Shown here one piece after another: positions 19,553 through 29,700 of a stretch of 64,000 nucleotides of DNA. Position numbers and translations under genes: made by a program. The notes beneath the pieces were generated by a model. It did not search any database and was not told where the DNA came from. It saw only the letters and a program-made list of their open reading frames with translations. Origin of the DNA: Fibrobacterota bacterium (GTDB lineage Bacteria > Fibrobacterota > Fibrobacteria > UBA11236); contig JAYUVP010000098.1 of assembly GCA_043753995.1 (NCBI GenBank), positions 32,001 to 96,000 on the forward strand, given 5' to 3'. Each line of letters starts with the position of its first letter. The stretch's first letter is position 1.

Positions 19553-19757
19553 AGCGCACTAAAGCCAGTAGAATTTTGAGGGTGCGGTGACCTTATTTGC
19601 GCCTTCGCCCTAAGCTCTTTGAGACCGGTTGCGATTTGTGAGTTTCCGGTCTTCCATTTCCCCTTTTTAACTACACCTGCCTTGCATCACAATTCCTGCG
19701 TCATCCGCTCCTGCCTTTGCAAAAAAGTACGGGAGCCCTGGCCCAAAGGAAGAGCGA

Positions 19758-21308
19758 ATGCAAGGACAAAATTTACGCCATGGGTATTTCGGTCTTTTCA
19801 GCATCCTCGGCCTCGCTGGACTGGCGGGTTGCCTGCTTGGCAATAACGCTCCCGCCGACAAAGAAAAAGCCAAGACGATTATAGTCATTAGCGACACGGG
19901 AACCCCCCAGGACACGGCGAAAACCACAAAAACCGACACGATAATAAAGGTAGATACTGTTACAAAAACTAAAACAGATACTGTGGTGACCGTCAAGCCT
20001 ATTGACGTGAAGCCAGTCGACCCCGTGGTCACCCTTCCTCCCGTCGAACCGCCACCAGCACCCACTATTTTGACCCAGATGCTTCGTCTCGAACCGACCA
20101 AGTTGGGAGGTCTCGGCAAAAGGAGTATTTCGGTCGACACCGGTGTCACCGGACCGCATTGGTCGAGTGATTTCAGGCTCACCAGCTTTAAGACCCCCAT
20201 CACCCGCATCGTGCTCGAAAACATTGAGCACAATCGCTATGCCGAGATATTCACCTGCCGCACCGGCAATTGCCTCGTCGAGCTAGTGGGTGATCAATTG
20301 GAAGACATTCTTGGCGCGGTATCGGCTGAAATCCAACCGGGCACCTATACCAGCGTGAACTTCAATTATTGCCGCGATGGAGAATCGGGTTATGAATCCC
20401 ATGTCACCGGGGATGTCGAGCTGGATGGAAGACGCTGGCATACCAAGGAAGGCACCAGTATGACCTTGGAGTCGCCAGCGACAGCATCGCGTATCCATTA
20501 TTCGGGTTGCGGTCGTTCCTTTCCCTTGCCACGTCCTGTAATCATCGCGGGCGATACCTCGCGCTCTGGAGGGGGAGATTCTGTGGGTAACGGCGGAGAT
20601 ACGTCTCATGTCGCTTGCTGGCGCAGCCTTTTCGATTCACTTTCGCGCGCGGGTATTAACCCCGACACTTTGGAGCAGCTTCCACCCGGCCTGGAAGGAC
20701 GGTGCCCAGGCGAACCGCCTCAAGACGGTGGGGAAGGTGGACAGGGGACGACAGGCGGACTCATGAAGAGGGCCACGGGCGTTCTCATCGCCGAACCGGT
20801 GCGTTTTCGCCTATTCTATGACATCGACGGCATAGTCTGGGCAGGCCTGAATGAACCCGACACCAAATGGGCTTGGGCCCCGGGCAATTGCACCGGTCCG
20901 CATCCGGATGAATCCATGACCGATACCGTGCCCTATATTTGCGCAGGATACCCTGACATCGCCGGCACGAGCGATTCGACTGCCCCGACTCTTGAGCGCT
21001 ACTATTTGAATGAGTCTAGCGTCTTCGGCCTCTTCTTCAATTCCGATGACACCTTTATCGGAGGGTATTCCCGGCGTTACCTAGTGCAAGGCTCAAGCCG
21101 CACGCCGGGATTTGAGCCCGTCACCCCCATTCGCTTTTTCACGGCTTTGGGTGGCGGTGCCTATCACTTCGCCAACTATGGTTCTTCGGTGAGTTCGAGT
21201 TATTTCGAAACCAATGATTTCCGCCGAGAGGCACATAGTGGCAGCTACACCGTAGAGCGCGGCACCCCTGGAGATTATTCCGCAACCCTTTCACCACCGA
21301 GTCTTTAG
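19758..21308 (+). CDS. Hypothetical lipoprotein with Thr/Pro-rich linker
   Basis: Lipobox LAGC followed by a DT/KT-rich and PVEPPPAP linker. Confidence 0.75.
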   Translation: MQGQNLRHGYFGLFSILGLAGLAGCLLGNNAPADKEKAKTIIVISDTGTPQDTAKTTKTDTIIKVDTVTKTKTDTVVTVKPIDVKPVDPVVTLPPVEPPPAPTILTQMLRLEPTKLGGLGKRSISVDTGVTGPHWSSDFRLTSFKTPITRIVLENIEHNRYAEIFTCRTGNCLVELVGDQLEDILGAVSAEIQPGTYTSVNFNYCRDGESGYESHVTGDVELDGRRWHTKEGTSMTLESPATASRIHYSGCGRSFPLPRPVIIAGDTSRSGGGDSVGNGGDTSHVACWRSLFDSLSRAGINPDTLEQLPPGLEGRCPGEPPQDGGEGGQGTTGGLMKRATGVLIAEPVRFRLFYDIDGIVWAGLNEPDTKWAWAPGNCTGPHPDESMTDTVPYICAGYPDIAGTSDSTAPTLERYYLNESSVFGLFFNSDDTFIGGYSRRYLVQGSSRTPGFEPVTPIRFFTALGGGAYHFANYGSSVSSSYFETNDFRREAHSGSYTVERGTPGDYSATLSPPSL

Positions 21309-21323
21309 AAGCCATCTCTAAAA

Positions 21324-21420
21324 TCCTTCCTGGCATCTGCCGCCAGGAGGGGGGAGACGAGGCCGACCACGCTTGCCGGGAATGACGGGCCGAAGGCGCG
21401 GGGGGAGACCCAGGGAAGGA
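21324..21420. repeat. Short GC-rich element with near-perfect terminal inverted repeats (MITE/REP-like)
   Basis: Ends TCCTTCCTGG and CCAGGGAAGGA. The core GAGGCCGA-N21-GGCCGA recurs at about 60585-60619. Confidence 0.4.
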
Positions 21421-21553
21421 GTGCTTTACGATACGTCCCCCCGATAAAGGGTGCCTAGAGTGTTGTCCGTCGATTTTTATGGTGGATTCGCTGTTTGTTG
21501 TTCTCCCTTTTTCATGGTTAGCCTAACTTTGTTGTTTCAACGGAGGCGTAGCC

Positions 21554-23848
21554 ATGACTGCCAAACACAGGTGGACTTTTTTTCGTGCGGGAGGCTTTGA
21601 TCAGGTCAAGCTCGAAACGGGTGACGACTTGATGAATCTCGCTTCGCTCGATCAGAAGCTGTGGGTGGCCTTGGCATGTCCGACCAGCGGGCTGGAAATC
21701 GACAAGCGCACTCTTGAATTGATTGACAGCGATAACAATGGTCGCGTGCGTGTGAGAGAGCTGATTGCCGCTGTGCAATTCGCCGGGCAAAGCGTAAAGA
21801 ATGCCGACGATTTGCTCAAGGGCGAAATGAGCCTGCCCTTGGCTTCGATACAAGACGGCACGGCGGAAGGCAAAACCCTGCTGTCCTCGGCCAAACAAAT
21901 CTTGCATCATATCGGCAAAAGCGACGCAAAGACGATTTCGGTGGAAGATGTTTCGGACAAGGCTCGCATTTTCGCGAATACCGCCTTCAATGGCGATGGC
22001 GTCATCACCGAGGCCTCAACGGAAGACGATGCGACCAAGCGATTGTTTGGCGAAATCATGGATTGTCTTGGAAGTGTGACGGATTTATCAGGAAAGCCGG
22101 GTATTGATGCCGCCAAGGTCGATGCTTTTTTCGCGGAGGTAAAGTCCTATGGGGAATGGCATGCCCAGGCCGAAGCCGATGCCGCAACGATATGGCCTTT
22201 GGGACAGGAGAAGACGGCGCAGGCAGCAGGAGCCATAGCGGCGGTGAAGCGCAAGGTCGATGACTATTTCGGACGTTGCCGCCTGGCGGCTTTTGATCCG
22301 CGCACCGCCTCCTTGCTCAATCGCAAGGAAGAAGAATATCAGGCTATCACCAGTCAGGATTTGAGTTTTACCGTGAACGAAGTCGCAGCCTTCCCTCTGG
22401 CTGCCGTTGCTGCGGGCAAGCCCTTGTCTTTAGCAACGGGCCTCAATCCCGCCCATGCCGCCGCCGTAGCCGACCTGGTGGAAAAGGCCATCACGCCCTT
22501 GCTCGGATCGCGAACGCAATTGACCGAAGCGGATTGGGTGGCCCTGCTTGCGAAAATCGCTCCCTATCAAGCTTGGGAATCACAAAAGGCCTGTCCGCAT
22601 GTCGAAAAACTTGGGCATACCCGCCTGCTGGAAATCGCAGCAGGCCAAGGCCGAGCCGCTTTGTCGGATTTGATCGCGCGCGATATGGCCTTGGAAGCTG
22701 AATTCAAAAGCATCGAGAAAGTCGAAAAGCTGGTGCGCTATTATCGCGACTTGCGCTTGCTTTGCACGAATTTCGTGAACTTCAAGGATTTTTACGACGG
22801 TCAGGATCCTGCGATTTTTCAATGCGGCACCCTGTATCTCGATCAGCGCGCCTGCCACCTATGCCTGCGTGTCGAGGATCCGGTCCGACATGCCGCCATG
22901 GCGGGTCTGGCGGGAGCCTACCTGACTTATCTCGATTGTGTCAGCAAGTCGACCTCGGAAAAAATGCAAATCGTGGCTGCCTTCACATCCGGAGATTCAG
23001 ACAATTTGATGGTGGGCCGCAATGGCCTTTTCTATGATCGCCAAGGCCTGGATTGGGATGCGACCATAGTCAAAATCATCGATAATCCCATCAACATTGG
23101 CCAGGCTTTTTGGTCGCCCTATAAGAAATTCGTGCGCTATCTCGAAGAGCAGGTGAATAAGCGCGCGGCTGCCGCGGACGCCGAGTCGCACAATCAACTC
23201 GCTGCTACCGCGGTGACCGCCGTGAACGTGGACAAAACCAAACCGCCCGTAGTTCCGAAAAAGTTGGACGTGGGAACTGTAGCTGCCATTGGCGTAGCCG
23301 CAGGTGCCATTGGCACTTTTTTCACCGCCATGGTGGGCTATGCCACCGGCATTTTCAAGCTGGGCCTTTTGCCCACGGTCGGTGCTTTGATTGGCGTGCT
23401 GCTTCTCATTTCGACGCCTTCGGTGATCATGGCCTATGTGAAGCTTCGCAAGCGCAACCTGGGTCCCATCCTCGATGCCAATGGCTGGGCCGTGAATGCC
23501 AAGGCGAAGATCAATGTGCCCTTCGGAGCTACGCTTAGCAGCACGGCCAAATTACCGCCTGGTTCGCGCCGCGATTCGAGCGATCCCTATGCCGAAAAGG
23601 GCCTGCCCTGGAAGCGCCTGGCCCTGGCGACCGTGTTATTATATGGCTGCTACCGATATTACACCGGCAGTCTGGATCGGGTCTTGCCCGCGGCTGCTCG
23701 TTCCGTCAAGGTGCTGGGCAAATGGTCTCCTAAGGCGGAGAAGGCTCCGGCAGCCGTGCCCGCGCCAGTGAAGGACGCGAACGTTCCCGCACCTGCGGCG
23801 GCTTCGGAATCGGCCCCCGAAGTGGCACCAGCGGCGACAACTCCCTGA
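21554..23848 (+). CDS. Uncharacterised membrane protein with EF-hand-like motifs
   Basis: 764 aa with loops DSDNNGRVRVRE and FNGDGVIT, C-terminal TM helices and an Ala/Pro tail; GGAGG RBS. Confidence 0.8.
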   Translation: MTAKHRWTFFRAGGFDQVKLETGDDLMNLASLDQKLWVALACPTSGLEIDKRTLELIDSDNNGRVRVRELIAAVQFAGQSVKNADDLLKGEMSLPLASIQDGTAEGKTLLSSAKQILHHIGKSDAKTISVEDVSDKARIFANTAFNGDGVITEASTEDDATKRLFGEIMDCLGSVTDLSGKPGIDAAKVDAFFAEVKSYGEWHAQAEADAATIWPLGQEKTAQAAGAIAAVKRKVDDYFGRCRLAAFDPRTASLLNRKEEEYQAITSQDLSFTVNEVAAFPLAAVAAGKPLSLATGLNPAHAAAVADLVEKAITPLLGSRTQLTEADWVALLAKIAPYQAWESQKACPHVEKLGHTRLLEIAAGQGRAALSDLIARDMALEAEFKSIEKVEKLVRYYRDLRLLCTNFVNFKDFYDGQDPAIFQCGTLYLDQRACHLCLRVEDPVRHAAMAGLAGAYLTYLDCVSKSTSEKMQIVAAFTSGDSDNLMVGRNGLFYDRQGLDWDATIVKIIDNPINIGQAFWSPYKKFVRYLEEQVNKRAAAADAESHNQLAATAVTAVNVDKTKPPVVPKKLDVGTVAAIGVAAGAIGTFFTAMVGYATGIFKLGLLPTVGALIGVLLLISTPSVIMAYVKLRKRNLGPILDANGWAVNAKAKINVPFGATLSSTAKLPPGSRRDSSDPYAEKGLPWKRLALATVLLYGCYRYYTGSLDRVLPAAARSVKVLGKWSPKAEKAPAAVPAPVKDANVPAPAAASESAPEVAPAATTP

Positions 23849-23884
23849 AAAAATCGGCGCCTGCAGTTCGCGCGCCGTCTTTTC
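23848..23884. terminator. Probable (bidirectional) intrinsic terminator
   Basis: A-run, CGGCGC/GCGCCG stem, then TCTTTT, directly after the stop. Confidence 0.45.
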
Positions 23885-23905
23885 AGCTTCGAAAAGCCAT
23901 ACGGT

Positions 23906-23943
23906 GTTACCCCCATGTTTCGGTAACATACAGGATACATTTT
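23906..23943. promoter_or_regulatory. Intergenic motif, copy 1 (GTTAC-N6-GTTTC-G-GTAAC-N6-GATAC)
   Basis: 33/38 identical to 31212-31249. Confidence 0.55.
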
Positions 23944-24055
23944 CGCATTTTTCGGGCTTATTCTTGAGATAATTACGCGATACGCATCCCTGTTAGGTCA
24001 TATTGGGAAAGCTATGCCTTCGGTTGAAGGCGGTACTGGCTTCTAGGAGCACTCA

Positions 24056-24961
24056 ATGAAAACATGGACTGGACAAAAAAAAATCGTCATGGCGACCTTG
24101 GTATTCGTGGCCCTCGGTCTCACCGGATGCCTGACGAACGACGATCCAAAATCGAGCGCCGTGCAAATTGCCGATTTGAAAGTGACGCCCAATAGCATTA
24201 TCGCCGGAGAAGGTGCCTATGTCGAGGGCACCTTGACTTCTACCAATGCCTTGACCTCGGTCAAGGTGACGATTTGGAAAGGCACGACGGACATGACCCT
24301 GGGCAAAGGTTTCACAGTCACCCAAGGTGCCTTGGGCGATGCGAAGAAAGCCTGGAGCCTGAAATCGGATGGTAATGTGCGTGTTACGGTAGGTGGGGCG
24401 GCGGCCACGGGGGAATACACCGTCAAGGTGAGCGCCTTTGCGGGTATTGATTCGACAAGTGCTACAGCGACGCTTACCGTGACGGGAAAAGCCGTCACCA
24501 CCCAGGAAATCGTTTTAGGATCCAATAAAAATGCCTTGGGTGGCTCGGTGGATTTGGACGCGATGCTGGTGTACTTGCACGCGGATGCTAAGGCCATTTC
24601 CGGAAAAATCGATCTCTATTATGCCCATTCGGTTACGGGCGGGGACCGGCTTTTCACTCCGGCCCAAGCCAAGGTGAGCGGTTTCGGCGTGGAAACCAAT
24701 GGCCCTGCAACTTGGACGGTGGCCAATGATACCGAGTTTCGCGAATTGATTTTGAGCGAAAGCGCTTTTGCGGCTATCACAACGCAAGAATCCATCGACG
24801 CGCTTTGGGCGGGAGCGACTGCTATTACCAGTGGCGGCGATGCCGTATCCGAAGGTGCCACCTATATCGTGAATACTGAGATGGCGAAAAAGGTTTTGAT
24901 TCGGGTTACCGCTATAACGGCGGGAGATGCCGGGACCTTGACCGTCAAAGGCACCAAGTAA
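24056..24961 (+). CDS. Hypothetical lipoprotein (beta-rich)
   Basis: Lipobox LTGC; AGGAG RBS. Confidence 0.8.
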   Translation: MKTWTGQKKIVMATLVFVALGLTGCLTNDDPKSSAVQIADLKVTPNSIIAGEGAYVEGTLTSTNALTSVKVTIWKGTTDMTLGKGFTVTQGALGDAKKAWSLKSDGNVRVTVGGAAATGEYTVKVSAFAGIDSTSATATLTVTGKAVTTQEIVLGSNKNALGGSVDLDAMLVYLHADAKAISGKIDLYYAHSVTGGDRLFTPAQAKVSGFGVETNGPATWTVANDTEFRELILSESAFAAITTQESIDALWAGATAITSGGDAVSEGATYIVNTEMAKKVLIRVTAITAGDAGTLTVKGTK

Positions 24962-24982
24962 AAACTCGAGGTTGGTCTGCTC

Positions 24983-25897
24983 ATGACTTCAAAAGCTCGC
25001 AATATTATTCAAGTGGCTTGGACGCTTTTACGAGACACTTATAACAGTTGGAGTGCAGACAAAGCGTCGCGGCTAGCCGCGGCGCTTTCCTATTACACCA
25101 TTTTTTCGATCGCTCCCTTATTGATCCTGGTCATCGCCATCGCAGGATGGGTTTTCAATAAAGAAGCGGCTAGTACTCGAATATTTGACCAAGTTCACTC
25201 CTTGGTGGGTGAAGATGGGGCTTCCATCATCAAAACCATGGTCGAAAGCGCAGGAAAATCAGAGAGCACTTTTTTTGCCACCGCAATTGGGATCATCGCC
25301 TTGCTTATCGGTGCGTCGGGGGCATTTATCCAACTTCAAGACGCATTAAATTCAATCTGGGGTGTGCAAGCCAAGCATGGCCACGGCCTCTTGATTTTTA
25401 TTCAAAAGCGCCTGCTTTCTTTTTCCATGGTCTTGGTGATCGGCTTCATGCTTTTGGTCAGCTTGGTGCTCAGCGCCATCCTGGCGGGCATGGGCCAATT
25501 TTTGAATCGGGTTTTGCCATTTCCCGAAGTCTTGCTGCAAATTTTCAATTTCGTGATTTCCTTTGGGGTCACGGCATTGCTCTTCACCTTGATTTTCAAG
25601 GTTTTGCCGGATGTCCTCGTGAAATGGAAAGACGTTTGGGTGGGCGGGGTCGTCACTGCCCTTCTCTTCTCCCTGGGCCGGTATTTGATAGGCCTGTATT
25701 TAGGTCGTGGAAGCGTGAGTTCGGCCTATGGCGCCGCGGGGTCCTTCGTCATTGTGCTTGTATGGATTTATTACTCCTCGCAAATTCTTTTATTTGGAGC
25801 CGAATTCACCAAGGTCTATGCCAATCGAGGAGGCGAGTCGGTTCAGCCTTCGCTCCATGCCGAGGTTGCTCCTGAGGTGATTCCGGCGAGCCATTAA
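24983..25897 (+). CDS. YihY/virulence factor BrkB family membrane protein
   Basis: Motifs AAALSYYTIFSIAP, LQDALNSIW and YGAAGSFVIVLVWIYYSSQILLFGAEFT. Confidence 0.93.
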   Translation: MTSKARNIIQVAWTLLRDTYNSWSADKASRLAAALSYYTIFSIAPLLILVIAIAGWVFNKEAASTRIFDQVHSLVGEDGASIIKTMVESAGKSESTFFATAIGIIALLIGASGAFIQLQDALNSIWGVQAKHGHGLLIFIQKRLLSFSMVLVIGFMLLVSLVLSAILAGMGQFLNRVLPFPEVLLQIFNFVISFGVTALLFTLIFKVLPDVLVKWKDVWVGGVVTALLFSLGRYLIGLYLGRGSVSSAYGAAGSFVIVLVWIYYSSQILLFGAEFTKVYANRGGESVQPSLHAEVAPEVIPASH

Positions 25898-26052
25898 TCC
25901 CATTATGGCTCATTGTTATAGGTGTTGTTTCGAAGTTTGAGTTGTAGCCCCATACGACGGGTATAGGGTTTCGATGCAGTAAGTAATTTGATTTGCGGAT
26001 TCGCATTCCTTTTTAGCGAAAACAAACACAAATTGTTACTGAGGATTCGAAA

Positions 26053-26673
26053 ATGAAGAATTTTGCATTACCCTGCATGCCGAAATGGACTCCGTTCCTT
26101 GCTTTGACCTTGCTCTGGATTGCCGGAATAACCTCCGTAGCCCCGGCCCAGAACGCACCGGAAGGGCTGTTGCCTGTGCACGAAGCCTATTCCAACGGGG
26201 ATTTCGAAGTAGTGCTCACTCGCATCGAGGCTTATCAGAAGCGTCATCGTAGCCTTAGCCTGTCGGATTCGATTTTCATCGCCAAGCATTTGGCCGTGGT
26301 TTATGCCTCCAACCCCCAAACGCGCGAAAAAGGCCGTTATTACATGTTCCGTATGCTGGAAATGAACCCTTCCGCCGATTTAGTGGACATGTTCATCAGT
26401 CAAGATTTGGATGAAACCTTTGAAAAAGTGCGAAAAGAATTTTTAGTGAGACAAAATCGCTCGCAAGGCGTCAAAACCATACATGCCCCTCCGCCCAAGC
26501 CTGAAAAAGGTGAACGAACCATACCCCTTCCCGTTGCTAAGGCGGCTCCCAAACCAAGCAGCAAAACCTGGCTTTGGGTTGCAGGAGGAGCTGCTGTTGC
26601 GGCGGGTGCCGTGACGGCTTATTACTTGACTCTCGATCATCCGTCAGAAGGCAAAAACATTCCCCTGGACTAA
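26053..26673 (+). CDS. Hypothetical exported protein with TPR-like helices and C-terminal membrane anchor
   Basis: Signal peptide, helical core, Pro-rich linker and hydrophobic WLWVAGGAAVAAGAVTAYYL. Confidence 0.75.
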   Translation: MKNFALPCMPKWTPFLALTLLWIAGITSVAPAQNAPEGLLPVHEAYSNGDFEVVLTRIEAYQKRHRSLSLSDSIFIAKHLAVVYASNPQTREKGRYYMFRMLEMNPSADLVDMFISQDLDETFEKVRKEFLVRQNRSQGVKTIHAPPPKPEKGERTIPLPVAKAAPKPSSKTWLWVAGGAAVAAGAVTAYYLTLDHPSEGKNIPLD

Positions 26674-26707
26674 AGCCGGCGCCCGCTAAACCTTAAGAGA
26701 TCGCATC

Positions 26708-29700
26708 ATGAAATTCGAAGCCCCAGTTAAAAAAGCCATTCTATCCGCAGCATCTCTGCTGATCCTCATGCTTTTCCCTTTGATACTCCTCTCCTGTTTA
26801 GCGAAATCGGAAGACGATACCGTTACCATCAAGGTGAAGCCGGCTTGGTTGGAATTGGACAGCTTTGAGGTGGTTTGGGTGGACGCCGAGGGAAAAGAGA
26901 AAGCGATGCTTTTTCAAGGACCCTTAAAAAACGAATGGAGCCTCACCGATTTGCCAGGCAAGGGATATAAGGGAGAAGCCGCGGTTTTCATGCTGAGAGG
27001 GTATGAGGGCGGCGTCTTGGTTTTCGAGCAAAAGCGCGTTTTTAATCCGAATACCAATCCGAAAATTACCGTGACGACCTTGCGCGATCCCTGGGCGACT
27101 TCCGCCGGGCTTACCCTCGATCCGAAGCGCCTGAACTTAGTGGTGGGAGAAACCAAGGCCGTCCGTGCGGAAACGAATCCCGAGGAAGCGATCCAATCGG
27201 TCACCTGGGAAGCGCGAACTCCGGGCATAGTGGAAATCGTAAGCAATGCGGCTTCGCCGGGGAATGTCACGGTCAAAGCCTTACAGGCAGGCAGCACGGT
27301 GATTCTGGTTCGCGTTTCGACGGATCCCAAACTGGTGGATAGTGTAGTGGTCGATGTTTATTCGTCAGCCGACGCCCCTCCCGTCATTGATGCCTTTGGG
27401 CCCGATACGGTGATTTCAATTAAGGATAGTGTGATGTTTTCCGCAGTCTTCCATGCCCGCAATGGGAAGCTGGCTACTTGTACTCTGGACGTGAATAGCG
27501 ACGGTGTAGCTGAATTTCAAGAGAGCTTGACCGATTCCGCCCATTCCTTCAAGCGCAGCTTTGCCTATCCCGATACGGGAAACTTTTCGGCATCCTTGAC
27601 CGTAGTCGATGCCGCCGGTCGAATCAGCCGCGAAACCGCCCTCATCGGGGTCCGTTTGGATGCGCCTCGAATTGATGCAGGAAACGATACCGGAATCGCA
27701 GTTGGCAGTTCTCTTGTATTTGTTGGCAAGGCGACCCAGGACTTTGGAACCTTGGTGTCCTACCGTTGGGATTTCAATGGCGACAATACTTGGGATTTCG
27801 AATCGACGACCACGGGACAAACCACCCATACCTATGCGTCCGAAGGCACCTTCGTGGCGGTATTCGAAGTCAAAGATGATGACGGAAACGTTTCTCGTGA
27901 TACACGCCGCGTGGATGTGGGCAATAAGGCCCCAGCATTCTCAGCCACCCTGCCTGACACCATCATCACTATCAAGGATGCCATCACCTTCAAAGGACGA
28001 GTCGCTGACGGTGACGGCCTCATCACTAAGCTGGAATGGGACTTCACAGGGACCGGAACCTTCACCCATGCGACCACGCCCGGTCTCGCCCAGGTCGATT
28101 TCTCGGTGGAGCAGGTATTCAATACTCCCTCGGTGATCAAGGTGGTGGCCCGAGCGACGGATAATGGCGGAAAAACCTGGGATGACACGGTAAGGGTCGA
28201 GGTGCTACTCGATGCTCCCAAGGTCAGCGCGGGAGATGACGTCTCCATGATCGCGGGTGGCCAGATCACCTTGAATGGCACGGCGACCGATGGCCGTGGC
28301 CAAGTGGTTACGACCGAATGGAAAATCGGATCTGGAAACTTTCTGCAAAGACGTCAGGGCGACACCTCCTTCACCGCCCCGAGCACGCCGCAAATCTTAT
28401 GGGCCTTATTCCGCGCCACGGACGATGACGGAAATCAAGTCATGGATTCGGTGAAAGTCACCGTGCGGGCGAGCACGGACAATTTGCTGAAATTGCTGTC
28501 GGTGGCTTCCGTGATTTTGTCGCCCACCACCTTCAATTCAGGGGTCTTCACTTATTCCGGGAGCGTGGCCAATTCCGTGACCTCGGTTTCGATTACCGCT
28601 GCCCCTGTGGATCCCACGGCGACCCTCACGGTGAACGGCGTGGCGGCCACTTCGGGGACGCCAAGCACGGTAAATCTCAGTACCAGTGTTAATGCCATCC
28701 CCATTGTGGTGAAAGCCCAGGACGGTTCTGAGGAGACCTATACGGTCACCATCACGCGGGCACAGGAGGCGAACAACTCTCTTCTAGCTCTGGCAGTCGC
28801 AACGGTCACGCTTGCGCCTTCCACCTTTAATGCGGCGACCGTGATTTACTCGGGAACGGTGGCCTCGGCCGTGACCTCGGTATCGGTGACCGCGACGACA
28901 CAAAGTGACTTGGCGACCTTGTCGGTGAATAGTCTGGCAGCGACTTCGGGGACCGCGAGTACGGTGAATCTCACCACGGGTCCGAATGCCATCCCCATCG
29001 TGGTGACAGCTCAGGACGGATCCAAGAAAACCTATACCGTGAACATTACCCGAGCGCAAGATGCGAATAACTCCTTGCTATCGCTGTCGGTGGCTTCGGT
29101 CACACTTGCACCTGCCATCTTTAATGCGGCGACCTTGAATTACACAGGGTCGGTAGCCTCTTCGGTGACTTCGGTTTCGGTGACCGCGACGGTGCAAAGT
29201 GCGTCAGCAACCATGACGGTAAATGGGACTACCGCCACCTCGGGGGCCGCGCGCACGGTCAATCTCACCACGGGCCCCAATGCTATTCCCATTGTCGTCA
29301 CCGCGCAAGACGGAACAACAAAAACCTATACAGTGACCATCACCCAACCCGATGCGAATAACGCCTTGCTTTCGCTGTCGGTGGCTTCGGTCACGCTTAC
29401 GCCTAATATCTTCAATGCGGCGACCTTGAATTACACGGGTACGGTGGCTTCTTCGGTGGCTTCGGTCTCGATGACCGCGACCGTGCAAAGTGCCTCGGCG
29501 ACTCTGACGGTGAATGGGACTACCGCCACCTCGGGGACCGCGCGCACGGTCAATCTTGTCCCGGGTCCGAATGCCATCCCCATCGTGGTGACGGCACAAG
29601 ACGGGACAACCCGAACCTATACGGTGACCATCACCCAGCCGGATGCGAATAATGCGTTGCTATCGCTGTCGGTGGCTTCGGTCACGCTTGCACCCGCCAC

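Noticed and set aside
23906..23943. The 38-bp motif as a dif/Xer site or integron attC
   Set aside because: The reverse strand contains TATGTTA, but the 11-6-11 dif geometry does not fit, attC core sites and hairpin are absent, and there is no recombinase in the window.
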